Shown here one piece after another: positions 39,718-49,382 of a DNA stretch of 64,000 nt (position 1 is the first letter of the stretch; every line of letters begins with the position of its first letter). The notes beneath the pieces were generated by a model. It made no database searches and was not told the DNA's origin. It was given only the letters and a program-made list of their open reading frames with translations. Source of the DNA: Candidatus Babelota bacterium (lineage in GTDB: Bacteria; Babelota; Babeliae; Babelales; Vermiphilaceae); assembly GCA_049325595.1 (NCBI GenBank), contig JBMOLF010000010.1, forward strand, positions 220,113 through 284,112. Reading direction: 5' to 3'. Both the position numbers and the translations under genes were made by a program.

Positions 39718-40581
39718 ATGGTATCACAAGAAGTTTTGCGAAAAATTAAAGAAATAGAAATTATAGCACGGCGTCTTGTGAGTTCAAAAAGAATTGGTTC
39801 AGCAAGTTCTGCGCAAAAAGGTGTAGGGTTTGAGTTTGATCAGCTAAGAGAATATCAACCTGGAGATGATGTGCGCGCTATAGATTGGAATAGTTCTGCG
39901 CGATCTCAAAAATTGTTAGTAAAACAATATATTGAAGAACGTAACAGAACTATTTTTATAGTTCTTGATATCACCGCATCTATGGCATTTTCAAGTCAGG
40001 AGAAATTAAAGTTTGATCTGGCAAGCCAAATAGCGGCTTTGTTAGCGTTAGTAGGAAATTATGGAAAAGATAAAATTGGACTTATTTTATTTGGGCAGGT
40101 AGTTGAAACCTATCGTCCAGCAAAAATGGGTCGTTCTTGGGTATGGCAAATCATTCACGATATTTTTAGTGCTGCTCCCTCACGTACAAAAACGAACATT
40201 AGTCAGGCTTTAATGTATCTTAATCGTATAAAAGAAAAGAATGCTATTGTTTTTGTAATTTCAGATTTTATTGATTCTAGCTTTCAAAAAAGTTTAAAAA
40301 CAGCAGCGTTAAAACATGAAATAGTAGCAATTTGTGTTATGGACCAACGTGAATTTGAATTGCCAAATTGTGGAATATACCATGTATTAGATGTAGAAAG
40401 TGGACAAGTTAATTTACTGGATACTCGAAATAGTTGTCATATAAATTCATTATTGCGAGCTCGACTTAAAGAACAGGAAAACTTTTTTCAGCAGGGTAAT
40501 ACCAGTATGATTACTGTATTTCCTGGCGAACAAGCCTTGCATCAGGTTGCCAATTTTTTTACTAGAAAAATGAGATATTAA
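39718..40581 (+). CDS. DUF58 domain (VWA-associated) protein
   Basis: GFEFDQLREYQPGDDVRAIDW, VLDITASM, ISDF. Confidence 0.92.
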   Translation: MVSQEVLRKIKEIEIIARRLVSSKRIGSASSAQKGVGFEFDQLREYQPGDDVRAIDWNSSARSQKLLVKQYIEERNRTIFIVLDITASMAFSSQEKLKFDLASQIAALLALVGNYGKDKIGLILFGQVVETYRPAKMGRSWVWQIIHDIFSAAPSRTKTNISQALMYLNRIKEKNAIVFVISDFIDSSFQKSLKTAALKHEIVAICVMDQREFELPNCGIYHVLDVESGQVNLLDTRNSCHINSLLRARLKEQENFFQQGNTSMITVFPGEQALHQVANFFTRKMRY

Positions 40582-40594
40582 AGTAGGTGGAGTT

Positions 40595-41092
40595 ATGAAC
40601 CAAGATAATTTTTATGAAATTTATGGGTATTGGCATATTCCTTGGTGGCAAAATTCGCTATTTAAGTATTTAGGTTGGGGAATAACTTTCCTATTACTAT
40701 CAGGCCTTATTTTTGTTATAATTTACCGATATAAAGGGAAAAAGATTCTTAAACCTTGGGAAAAAGCAATTCAACAATTAAATAAACTCAAAATTGAAGC
40801 AGTAGAGGCTAATGCATCTAAAGCATATACAAAGTTAATTGATATTGTAAAAAATTATGGAAAAGAACGCTTTGGTTTTTCGTTGTCGTTAACAGAAAAT
40901 GAGCTTCAAGAAAAAATTGCAGATATTATACAAGCACCCTTACGTGAAAAGCTCAATGAAGTATTTATCCATGCAACACAAGCTAAGTATGCATCAGCAG
41001 CATATTTGTTTGAATCAATACAGCAAGATATTGAAACTGTTTTATCTTTTGTCTCTCTAACAACGCCTATTGATTGTGACAAAAGGGCTTAG
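40595..41092 (+). CDS. Single-TM hypothetical protein of the type found after DUF58 (DUF4381/Bat-associated)
   Basis: N-terminal YEIYGYWHIPWW then a TM helix, PWEKA, TENE, AKYA; gene context. Confidence 0.6.
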   Translation: MNQDNFYEIYGYWHIPWWQNSLFKYLGWGITFLLLSGLIFVIIYRYKGKKILKPWEKAIQQLNKLKIEAVEANASKAYTKLIDIVKNYGKERFGFSLSLTENELQEKIADIIQAPLREKLNEVFIHATQAKYASAAYLFESIQQDIETVLSFVSLTTPIDCDKRA

Positions 41093-41119
41093 CGTACACT
41101 ACCTCAGCAAGGAACCACA

Positions 41120-42274
41120 TTGGATTTTAATTATCGCATGCCAACGAAATCATGGTATATTCATTGGCCTTTTTGTCCCTACAAATGTCACTTTTGCCCG
41201 TTTGTGGCAATAGCATCACATGATCAATTCATGGAGCGTTATCATCAAGCTCTTATAAAAGAAATAACCAAATTTTGTGCTCAAGTAAATGATCCAATAG
41301 ACTTAGATACTATTTTTATTGGAGGGGGAACACCAAGCACGTATCCCTGCAACCTACTACTTGACATGTTTGGTACACTAAACAAAGTGGTTACTATTAA
41401 TCCATCAAGTGAAATTACCATAGAAGTAAATCCAGGTACGGTATCTGAAGCCAAGCTGGCGACCTGGAAGCAATGTGGTATAAATCGAATGAGTGTTGGT
41501 GTGCAAAGTTTAAAAGATTCAGTTTTGCAAAAGTTAAATAGAAAGCAATCGGCCCAAGATGTGGCATGGTTAATGGATACGGCTCCTGGCTATATTGAAA
41601 ATATATCAGTCGATTTGATTATCGGATTGCCTGAAGTATCTGATGATGAATGGAAAGACTTATTAGCGCAAATCGTTGCCTGGCCAGTATCGCATGTTTC
41701 AATTTATTTTTTGACTGTTCATGAAGACACACAATTATACTTTAAAGTTAAAAAGTCTGAAATCGTATTGCCTCCCGATGATGCTATTGTTGATTTATAT
41801 TTATATTCGATCGAGTTTTTAAATCAGCATGGATTTGAACAATATGAAGTATCCAATTTCGCCAAATTGGGACGTAAATCACGCCATAATTCAATATATT
41901 GGGAGCGAAAACCCTATAAAGCATTTGGCTTAGGAGCATGCTCATTTGATGGAAATAAACGTTATCAAAATCAAAAAAATTTAATGAAATATATAGCCGA
42001 TATAGAAGCAGATAAAAGTACCACTATTTTCCAAGAGTTGCTGGATAATAATCAAATAGCCCTAGAAAAATTAATGCTTGGATTACGAAAAACAACCGGT
42101 ATTTCTTATGAGGATTTGATTGCCAATATACCAAGCAGCAATAGAGAACATATACAAATTACTTTAGAAAAATTACGTGAGAATAATTTCATGACGATTA
42201 AAGATTCGCAAATAATCTTGACACCCCGGGGGTTAGCAGTTCAAAATCAGATTATTTCTCAATTAATATCTTAA
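41120..42274 (+). CDS. hemW: Radical SAM heme chaperone HemW (HemN-like)
   Basis: YIHWPFCPYKCHFC, IGGGTPS, EVNP, YEVSNF, HNSIYW; TTG start after AAGGA. Confidence 0.9.
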   Translation: MDFNYRMPTKSWYIHWPFCPYKCHFCPFVAIASHDQFMERYHQALIKEITKFCAQVNDPIDLDTIFIGGGTPSTYPCNLLLDMFGTLNKVVTINPSSEITIEVNPGTVSEAKLATWKQCGINRMSVGVQSLKDSVLQKLNRKQSAQDVAWLMDTAPGYIENISVDLIIGLPEVSDDEWKDLLAQIVAWPVSHVSIYFLTVHEDTQLYFKVKKSEIVLPPDDAIVDLYLYSIEFLNQHGFEQYEVSNFAKLGRKSRHNSIYWERKPYKAFGLGACSFDGNKRYQNQKNLMKYIADIEADKSTTIFQELLDNNQIALEKLMLGLRKTTGISYEDLIANIPSSNREHIQITLEKLRENNFMTIKDSQIILTPRGLAVQNQIISQLIS

Positions 42275-42312
42275 GAATACACTATTATTTTTTTTCATAT
42301 GAGGATTAGCGC

Positions 42313-42774
42313 ATGGCAAAACATGTCGGTATAAAACTTCCTGAAGATTTAATTAAAGTTTTAAAAGAAGGTAAAACGGTTGGGGTACTGGCTACTTTTT
42401 CAGAAAAAGGATTGCCTCATACTACGCCTATACAGTGTGTTTATCCTAAAGGATCTGAAAGTATTCTTCTTTCAATAAATAAAGATCATGCTGGTTATCA
42501 CAATATGGTATGGCAAAAAAAAGTAATGTTATGCTTCATGGATGAAGGTAACGTAGCGTATAGCATTTTAGGAAGAGCTGGTGTTGTAAGAGCTCCTTCA
42601 TCAGTGCATCCGCTTATGAATATTGTGCGCATTGATGTTATTGATATTAAAAGTGATCGTTCGGTGCTTACAAAAATTGATTCAGGTGTTCGTTGGAGTT
42701 ACACGTCGTGGGAAGCAGAAGAGCTTTCTAAGGCTTTAATGAGTGAACTTAAAGAATTAGCCCAAACGCTCTAG
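42313..42774 (+). CDS. Pyridoxamine 5'-phosphate oxidase-like (split-barrel) protein
   Basis: VLATFSEKGLPHTTPI ... AYSILGRA pattern. Confidence 0.7.
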   Translation: MAKHVGIKLPEDLIKVLKEGKTVGVLATFSEKGLPHTTPIQCVYPKGSESILLSINKDHAGYHNMVWQKKVMLCFMDEGNVAYSILGRAGVVRAPSSVHPLMNIVRIDVIDIKSDRSVLTKIDSGVRWSYTSWEAEELSKALMSELKELAQTL

Positions 42775-42801
42775 TTAACTGATGAGAATAAGGAGTGAAA
42801 A

Positions 42802-44193
42802 ATGCGCGTTAAAATTAGTATGTTAATGATGCTCTTGTGTGTGGTTATGAGTTACCTTTATGCCCAAGAAGACATAGAAGGTGCTATACCATCAGTACTG
42901 CCATCTCAAGAACAAAACGTAACTGAAATGATACCTTCAGTTGAGGTGGAAAATTTAGCTACCCAACCCGTAGATGCATCTTTATCTACTGTTGAACAAG
43001 CAGCGCCATTGGTAACAGTTCCCTCTGGTTCTGATGCTCAAGAAATAACTACGGTATCTGAATCACCACAAGAATTACAATCAGAACTAGTAACAACGCC
43101 TGAAGGAGAATTTCCTTCAATAACTTCTTATTCTGCTTCTCAAGAGTTGTCTTCAACCCCATCAATGCCCGAATCTCTGCCCGAAATTACTCCTGCTCCT
43201 GAATTTAGTGAACCGGAGATTACTCCTGAACCAGCGCCAATTACTAAACCTGAAATAATTCCTACAACCGATTCTGTCCAACCTGAACCTTCATTTCCAG
43301 CAGATATTACAGAAATAGATACCATGAATTTGGATGAGCCAAAAGGTAACTGGCTATTTAAACGATTCTGGTGGGAAAAAGCCGAAAGAACATACGAGAA
43401 AATTAAAAATCTAGTTGATAAAATAATTGAATCGCGTCTTTCTTTCTTTCAACAAAGAACTGATATTGACAGAACGTTGTTCGATCCCTTTTATCTTACT
43501 GTTGGATTTGAGCAGGGTGAGTTGCGTGCTCTCAATGAATTTTTCCAAAATGAATTGCAACAAGAGAGGTTAATGAGAGGTACTTTAAGAGGCCAAGAGC
43601 GAGCGCTTTTGCAAAAATTACTGGAAGAGAAGCAAACGATTCAAAATGTTCAAAGTGATTTAGAATTAGTTCGCAAGATTGATATGAGTATTGATGATGC
43701 ATTAAGCAAGCTCATTGAGCGAATTAGCGAAGCACGCAATTATGAACGTCAAGCATGGGACAAACTCAAGGCTATTGGTCGTGAATTAAGCGATCTTAGG
43801 GCTCATGAAAATTATCTTGCAATGGACGCTTTCTGGAAAAATGTGAATAATATAAATAATTATATTTCACATGATTTTACTAATTATTTTGAAGAGCTTA
43901 TTCAAAAAGCCCAGACAGAAATTGATCGTGTTAAAACAGCATCTCAAGCATTGCGTGAAAAAGGTATAGATCTTAAGCAAACCGTACAAGAATTAAAACA
44001 AATTGCCGAAAGCCAAAGTGCTCCAGAATCGACTGAGCAAGAAGAGCAAGAGCCGACAGTAGAAAAAAAATCTTGGCTTGAATGGATCTGGAATGGTATT
44101 AGCTGGCCATTTAGTGCGCTATATAGCTGGGTTGGTTCTTTTTTTGTTTCTTCAGTAGAAACAGAAGAATCAATTAACGAAACTGAGCAATAA
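42802..44193 (+). CDS. Exported hypothetical protein with Pro/Glu/Ser/Thr-rich region, coiled coil and Trp-rich C-terminal helix
   Basis: AAGGAG RBS, signal peptide, PEITP repeats, GNWLFKRFWWEKAE, KKSWLEWIWNGISWPF. Confidence 0.8.
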   Translation: MRVKISMLMMLLCVVMSYLYAQEDIEGAIPSVLPSQEQNVTEMIPSVEVENLATQPVDASLSTVEQAAPLVTVPSGSDAQEITTVSESPQELQSELVTTPEGEFPSITSYSASQELSSTPSMPESLPEITPAPEFSEPEITPEPAPITKPEIIPTTDSVQPEPSFPADITEIDTMNLDEPKGNWLFKRFWWEKAERTYEKIKNLVDKIIESRLSFFQQRTDIDRTLFDPFYLTVGFEQGELRALNEFFQNELQQERLMRGTLRGQERALLQKLLEEKQTIQNVQSDLELVRKIDMSIDDALSKLIERISEARNYERQAWDKLKAIGRELSDLRAHENYLAMDAFWKNVNNINNYISHDFTNYFEELIQKAQTEIDRVKTASQALREKGIDLKQTVQELKQIAESQSAPESTEQEEQEPTVEKKSWLEWIWNGISWPFSALYSWVGSFFVSSVETEESINETEQ

Positions 44194-44195
44194 CA

Positions 44196-44239
44196 AAAGA
44201 AAAAGAAGCTGCCGATAAAAAGCAGCTTCTCTTCTTTTT
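44196..44239 (+). terminator. Intrinsic terminator
   Basis: agaagctgc-9 nt-gcagcttct followed by pyrimidine/T-run. Confidence 0.75.
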
Positions 44240-44341
44240 GATCAAAATTACTTTTCTTACATAATTTTGATGATGCTTGTTGATAAACGGTATTATTTCT
44301 GATACATTTCTTATGTTTTTCACAAGTAGATTGAAATATAT

Positions 44342-44428
44342 GCCGAGGTGGTGAAACTGGTATACACGCAGCCTTGAGGTGGCTGTGGGAGAAATCCTGT
44401 AGGGGTTCGAGTCCCCTCCTCGGCACCA
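44342..44428 (+). tRNA. tRNA-Leu(GAG)
   Basis: GCCGAGG/CCTCGGC acceptor stem, CAGCC-TTGAGGT-GGCTG anticodon arm, long variable arm, GTTCGA, CCA. Confidence 0.97.
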
Positions 44429-44491
44429 TCAAATTACCTCTGGTTAAAAAAACATGATTATTCACTTCTTCAATGATAAAAAAGGAGCTTC

Positions 44492-46033
44492 ATGAGTACT
44501 GCTGTAAAGCGATTCAGTTTTTCGTGGTTTTCTTTTTGGGTAGTTCTTGCCCTTATTGGGATTTACTTTTTATTACCTCTTCGTAAAAATTTGCGTTTGG
44601 GTATTGATCTGGTAGGGGGAACCTATATAACACTTCAAGTGCAAACTGAAAAGGCAGTTGAAGCAGAGCTTCTTTCACGCATGCAAGGTATTACAACTAA
44701 ATTAAAAGAAGTTGCAAAAGAGCCAGTTGAAAAATTAATAGAAAATAATCAAATTCGTTTAACATTTGATACCCCCGCTGCAGCAGCTTCAGCAAGTCAA
44801 ATGATTACCAGCTTGGATAAAGAATTAAAAGTCACTACCACTCAAAATGTAATTACTGCTACATTACCCGAAACTATAATTGAAAAAGTGCAAGAAGAAG
44901 CAGTAACAAGAAATATTGAGGTACTACGAGCGCGTTTTGGTGTTGAAGAGATTCCGGTAAGTAAACAAGGTAAAGATCGTATTGTGCTTGAATTACCTGA
45001 TACAGCAAATCCTGAAGAAGCTAAAATGCGTATTGGTAAAGCTGCAGTATTAGAATTTAGATTAGTACACAAGTATGGTTCTAGCAAAGAACAAATTGAA
45101 TATGAGTATGATGGCTTCATACCTGGCGATATGGAAATTTTAGAAGGTCAAGATGAAGGATATGGTAAACAGTATTACTTAGTTGACAAGTACGCTGAAG
45201 TTACTGGTAAGATGCTCAAAGATGCGCAAGCGCGTATTGGCCAAGATCGCATGCAGCCTGAGGTATTTTTCTCGTTGACTTCTGAAGGAAGTGACAAGTT
45301 CTATGAATTAACAAGTCAGAACATGGGCAAAATGCTTGCAATTGTTCTTGATAATGTAGTTATTTCTGCTCCTGTTATTCAAGCGGCAATTCGCTCTGAA
45401 GGCATGATAACACTTGGCAAATCTGATATTAATTATGCTAAAGAATTGGCATTATTGTTGCGCTCTGGATCTTTTGTAGCGCCAGTAAGCTTTGAAGAAG
45501 AACGTCAAATTGGTCCATCGCTCGGTGCAGAGTCAATTAAGCAGGGGCTTATTTCCTGTTTAGTAGGGCTTGGATTATTATTATTGTTTAGTGTGTTCTT
45601 TTATGGATTCCCCGGTATTCTTGCTTTTATCGCATTAGTTTATAATCTTTTGCTAATTCTTATCGGTATGTCTTGGCTCAATGCAACCCTTACTTTACCA
45701 GGTATTGCAGGTATGGTATTAACCGTTGGTATGGCAATTGATGCCTCCATTCTTATTTACGAACAAATTAAAGAAGCATTGGCAAGTGGATTACCATTAC
45801 GAAAAGCAGTGCAACATGGTTTTTCAGATGCGATGGTTGTGATTTTAGATGCTAATATTACCACCTTCATTGTAGGTGTTGTATTATTCTATTTTGGCAC
45901 TGGTCCAATCAAAGGATTTGCAGTTACTATGATGTTTGGTATAATTTCTACTCTTATTACTGGATTATTTTTCTTAAGATCATTATTTTCCTTTATTTTA
46001 GATACATTTAATATTCAAAAACTAAAATTTTAA
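44492..46033 (+). CDS. secD: Protein translocase subunit SecD
   Basis: LRLGIDLVGG, AIVLD, LLLRSGS, IGPSLG, TLTLPGIAG, GMAIDA, DANITT. Confidence 0.96.
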   Translation: MSTAVKRFSFSWFSFWVVLALIGIYFLLPLRKNLRLGIDLVGGTYITLQVQTEKAVEAELLSRMQGITTKLKEVAKEPVEKLIENNQIRLTFDTPAAAASASQMITSLDKELKVTTTQNVITATLPETIIEKVQEEAVTRNIEVLRARFGVEEIPVSKQGKDRIVLELPDTANPEEAKMRIGKAAVLEFRLVHKYGSSKEQIEYEYDGFIPGDMEILEGQDEGYGKQYYLVDKYAEVTGKMLKDAQARIGQDRMQPEVFFSLTSEGSDKFYELTSQNMGKMLAIVLDNVVISAPVIQAAIRSEGMITLGKSDINYAKELALLLRSGSFVAPVSFEEERQIGPSLGAESIKQGLISCLVGLGLLLLFSVFFYGFPGILAFIALVYNLLLILIGMSWLNATLTLPGIAGMVLTVGMAIDASILIYEQIKEALASGLPLRKAVQHGFSDAMVVILDANITTFIVGVVLFYFGTGPIKGFAVTMMFGIISTLITGLFFLRSLFSFILDTFNIQKLKF

Positions 46034-46065
46034 TGTATACTAGTAACCAGTAATCAAAAATTCGT

Positions 46066-46142
46066 GGCGACGTAGCTCAGGTGGTTAGAGCGGCGGAATC
46101 ATAATCCGTAGGTCCGGGGTTCAAGTCCCTGCGTCGCCACCA
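46066..46142 (+). tRNA. tRNA-Met(CAT), elongator
   Basis: GGCGACG/CGTCGCC acceptor stem, GCGGA-ATCATAA-TCCGT anticodon arm, CCA. Confidence 0.9.
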
Positions 46143-46151
46143 GGTAATACA

Positions 46152-46748
46152 ATGACTTTTGGTACATACGTTAATACCCCAACTAAGCTGACACTTATAA
46201 GACTTCTTATTTCTCCTTTTGTTTTACCTCTTCTTATTTTTTATATATCACCACTCAATAATATTTATCTTAATAGTTTACTTGCACTACTTTTTATTTT
46301 AATAAGTCTTACCGATTTTTTTGATGGATATCTTGCTCGACGTTATAGGCAAGAAACGAAAATAGGCAAAAGCCTTGATCACATTGCGGATAAATTTTTG
46401 GTATATGCTACGTTAGTTGCATTATTGGCGGTAAAAAAAATATTTTTTTACTGGGTTATTGTGCTTATAGGACGTGAGTTTTTTGTATTGGGCTTACGTA
46501 TAATTGCTTTAGAGCATGGTTTAGAAGTGGCAGTATCTACCTTTGGTAAATTAAAAACAGCCACGCAAATGATTTGGCTAACTTTTTTATTAGTAGTTCC
46601 TAATCGTTATTTGATTATGAATGTTTCGCCATTTTGGGCAACAATTAATAGCCTGTTGATTACCTTAACTTTAGGTTTTTCTATTTATTCTGCCTATGCG
46701 TACGGTAGAGCATTTTATACCAAACTCAAGAATTATCGTGCGCTGTAA
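46152..46748 (+). CDS. pgsA: CDP-diacylglycerol--glycerol-3-phosphate 3-phosphatidyltransferase
   Basis: PTKLTLIRL, TDFFDGYLARR, LDHIADK, GREF, GKLKT. Confidence 0.92.
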   Translation: MTFGTYVNTPTKLTLIRLLISPFVLPLLIFYISPLNNIYLNSLLALLFILISLTDFFDGYLARRYRQETKIGKSLDHIADKFLVYATLVALLAVKKIFFYWVIVLIGREFFVLGLRIIALEHGLEVAVSTFGKLKTATQMIWLTFLLVVPNRYLIMNVSPFWATINSLLITLTLGFSIYSAYAYGRAFYTKLKNYRAL

Positions 46749-48592
46749 TGTCTAAGCTCTCCATAACACAGAAATTAATTATACTAAGCAGTGTTCTGGC
46801 TTTTAGTGGTGCGGCTATTGGTTTGTATTATTCGTATAATAACAAGGATAGTAAACATATGACCTTTAAAGAATTAGCTCATTATTTTTTTAAAATTGAA
46901 CAAGAACCCTCTCGTTTAGGTATGACGCGATTGCTTTCTCATTTATTAAAGGAAGCTACGCCACAAGAGGCGGCAGTAATTTGTAATATTTCTTTAGGAC
47001 AGTTACATGCACCTTATATTGGAACGCAATTTAATATTGCTGAAAAAAATATTATTAAAGTTATTGCTGATATTTTGCAACAGGACGAAAAAGAAATAAC
47101 TCTACAATCTAAAATGATTGGTGACCTTGGACTTATAATTGAAACGGGCAAATGGGACATAAAAAATGATCCTGAATTATTGGGAATCTATGATACTCTT
47201 GAAAAAATTGAAAAAATAAGTGGTATTGGGTCGCAAGAAGAAAAAAATAGAGCTCTTAAAAATTTAATAATATCGCTTGATCCACTTTCAGCAAAATATG
47301 TAATTAGAATTATTCTTGGCACTTTGCGCTTGGGTTTTTCTGATATGACGCTTATTGATGCCTTGTCGTGGATGGAAGCTGGCGACAAATCATTGCGACA
47401 TGTTATTGAACATGCTTACAATGTTTGCGCTGATATTGGGTATATTGCTCGATTGCTCAAACAAGAAGGCATTGAAGCAATAAAAAAAATGGAGCCTCAT
47501 GTCGGCACACCAATTCGCCCAGCAGCCGCAGAGCGACTGCCTACACCTCAAGCAATTTTTGAAAAATTAGGTACATGCATAGCACAGCCGAAGCTTGATG
47601 GGTTTCGCTTGCAAATTCATTATGATCATTCTCAAAATCCACCATTAATTAAATTTTATTCACGAAATTTAATTGATATGTCGCACATGTTTCCTGATCT
47701 TGCTCAGGCTATACAAAATTTACCTGTGCAAAATTTAATTGCTGAAGGAGAGGCAATAGTATACGATCAAAACGCGGGAACTTTTTTACCATTTCAAGAG
47801 ACGGTAAAGCGTAAACGAAAACATGGTATTGAAAAAGCAATTGAGGAATTGCCGTTACAAATATTTATGTTTGATATCTTATATCTGAATGGGAAATCTT
47901 TGCTTTCATTAACCCATGAAACGCGTCGTGCCCAATTGAAAGCTTTATTTGAAGCTGGTCCTTCATCAGCAATAAAAATTATCGATGAAAAAACAATTCA
48001 TAATGCAAAAGAACTTGAAGATTATTTTATGCAAAATATTTCTTCAGGTTTAGAAGGCTTGGTCGTTAAAAGACCTGATGCTATTTATCAACCAGGTAAA
48101 CGTAATTTTAATTGGATCAAATTAAAACGATCAGAAGAAGGTCATTTAGAAGATACTATCGATTGCGTTATTCTTGGATATTATGCCGGCTCAGGTAAAC
48201 GGGCATCATTTGGCATAGGCGCATTTCTTGTTGGTGTTTATAATCCTGCGCACGATTGTTTTGAAACCGTTGCCAAAATTGGTACCGGGTTAAAAGATAT
48301 TGATTGGATTGAGCTCAAGGCAAAGTGTGACGCAATAACTGTGCACGAAAAACCAAAAAATGTACATTGTGCACCAGAACTTTATCCTGATGTATGGGTT
48401 AATCCTGAATTAGTGTGTGTAATACGTGCTGATGAAATTACTATATCGCCTCTTCACACAGCAGGCAAAACTGAACACCATTTAGGATATGCTTTGCGAT
48501 TTCCTCGATTTATAAGTTATCGCACTGATAAAGGTGCTCAAGAGGCAACCACATCAGAAGAAGTTGCTCATCTTTACCAAGATCAATTTTAA
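46748..48592 (+). CDS. ATP-dependent DNA ligase (LigB/archaeal-like, with DNA-binding, adenylation and OB domains)
   Basis: PKLDGFRLQIH, YSRN, EGEA, FDILY, EGLVVK, WIKLK, LRFPRF; alternative start MTFKEL at 46859. Confidence 0.95.
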   Translation: MSKLSITQKLIILSSVLAFSGAAIGLYYSYNNKDSKHMTFKELAHYFFKIEQEPSRLGMTRLLSHLLKEATPQEAAVICNISLGQLHAPYIGTQFNIAEKNIIKVIADILQQDEKEITLQSKMIGDLGLIIETGKWDIKNDPELLGIYDTLEKIEKISGIGSQEEKNRALKNLIISLDPLSAKYVIRIILGTLRLGFSDMTLIDALSWMEAGDKSLRHVIEHAYNVCADIGYIARLLKQEGIEAIKKMEPHVGTPIRPAAAERLPTPQAIFEKLGTCIAQPKLDGFRLQIHYDHSQNPPLIKFYSRNLIDMSHMFPDLAQAIQNLPVQNLIAEGEAIVYDQNAGTFLPFQETVKRKRKHGIEKAIEELPLQIFMFDILYLNGKSLLSLTHETRRAQLKALFEAGPSSAIKIIDEKTIHNAKELEDYFMQNISSGLEGLVVKRPDAIYQPGKRNFNWIKLKRSEEGHLEDTIDCVILGYYAGSGKRASFGIGAFLVGVYNPAHDCFETVAKIGTGLKDIDWIELKAKCDAITVHEKPKNVHCAPELYPDVWVNPELVCVIRADEITISPLHTAGKTEHHLGYALRFPRFISYRTDKGAQEATTSEEVAHLYQDQF

Positions 48593-48596
48593 AAAT

Positions 48597-48634
48597 AAAA
48601 AAGGCCTTGCACAGAAATTGCAAGGCCTTTTTTT
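48597..48634. terminator. Bidirectional intrinsic terminator between convergent genes
   Basis: aaaaaaggccttgca-cagaaat-tgcaaggcctttttt. Confidence 0.9.
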
Positions 48635-48649
48635 AATAGTGCAAAAATT

Positions 48650-49264
48650 TTATTTTACATATTTGTTCATAAGAGTATCAATGCCACCACGAAGTATTTG
48701 GAGATAAATGGTGCGCGCTGTTTGACCATGGGCCCAATCTGGCAAATTATTGGTAATTGCTTGAGTAATACCAGTTTTTTCGCCTGTTTTAACCAGTGCA
48801 TGTACCGTAAGTTCACGGATTGCTGTTTTGGTTGCAGCTTTGCCCGCTTCTTTTACATTAAACTCTTTTTTTGTTGCACTATGGTTTTTAGTGCAATAAG
48901 ATCCTACGCCAAATGCAATTTCTACTAATGGATCGACAGCTGGCGTAACATTTACTTCATATTGCTTAATAGATAGTGCGCTTGATGGAACAACTAATGA
49001 TAATAAATATTTTACTGATTCTTTAGTTAAAGCTATATCTGCCCATTTTTCAAAAGATTCTGCATGGTCTTTAAGATGAACTTTTTCACTATGTGGAATG
49101 CGAGCAAAAAGATTTGCTAGTTTTGGTGTACGCATGCTAAAATGCTTACCCAAATATAAAGTTGCAGCAGTAATTTTAACATGTTTTTCTTGTAAGCTTG
49201 GATTTGCTTTAACTAGCGAAGAAATAGACAGTAAAAGTGCTAATGCGTATATAATTTTCTTCAT
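48650..49264 (-). CDS. Secreted hypothetical protein
   Basis: GGGAG RBS; signal peptide MKKIIYALALLLSISSLVKA; no recognised domain. Confidence 0.75.
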   Translation of the reverse strand: MKKIIYALALLLSISSLVKANPSLQEKHVKITAATLYLGKHFSMRTPKLANLFARIPHSEKVHLKDHAESFEKWADIALTKESVKYLLSLVVPSSALSIKQYEVNVTPAVDPLVEIAFGVGSYCTKNHSATKKEFNVKEAGKAATKTAIRELTVHALVKTGEKTGITQAITNNLPDWAHGQTARTIYLQILRGGIDTLMNKYVK

Positions 49265-49382
49265 TACTACTCCCTTATTTTTAAATTAATCTCTCATGTT
49301 GTAATGCGTTACTATAAACCATACTACATACCCAAAAGATTTCAAATGGTCTGAGTATGGTGGCTAGCACAAAAAATTAATG

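Noticed and set aside
43944..44465. 173-aa minus-strand ORF
   Set aside because: Antisense to tRNA-Leu and the 42802 gene; VPRRGLEP is a typical tRNA-antisense artefact
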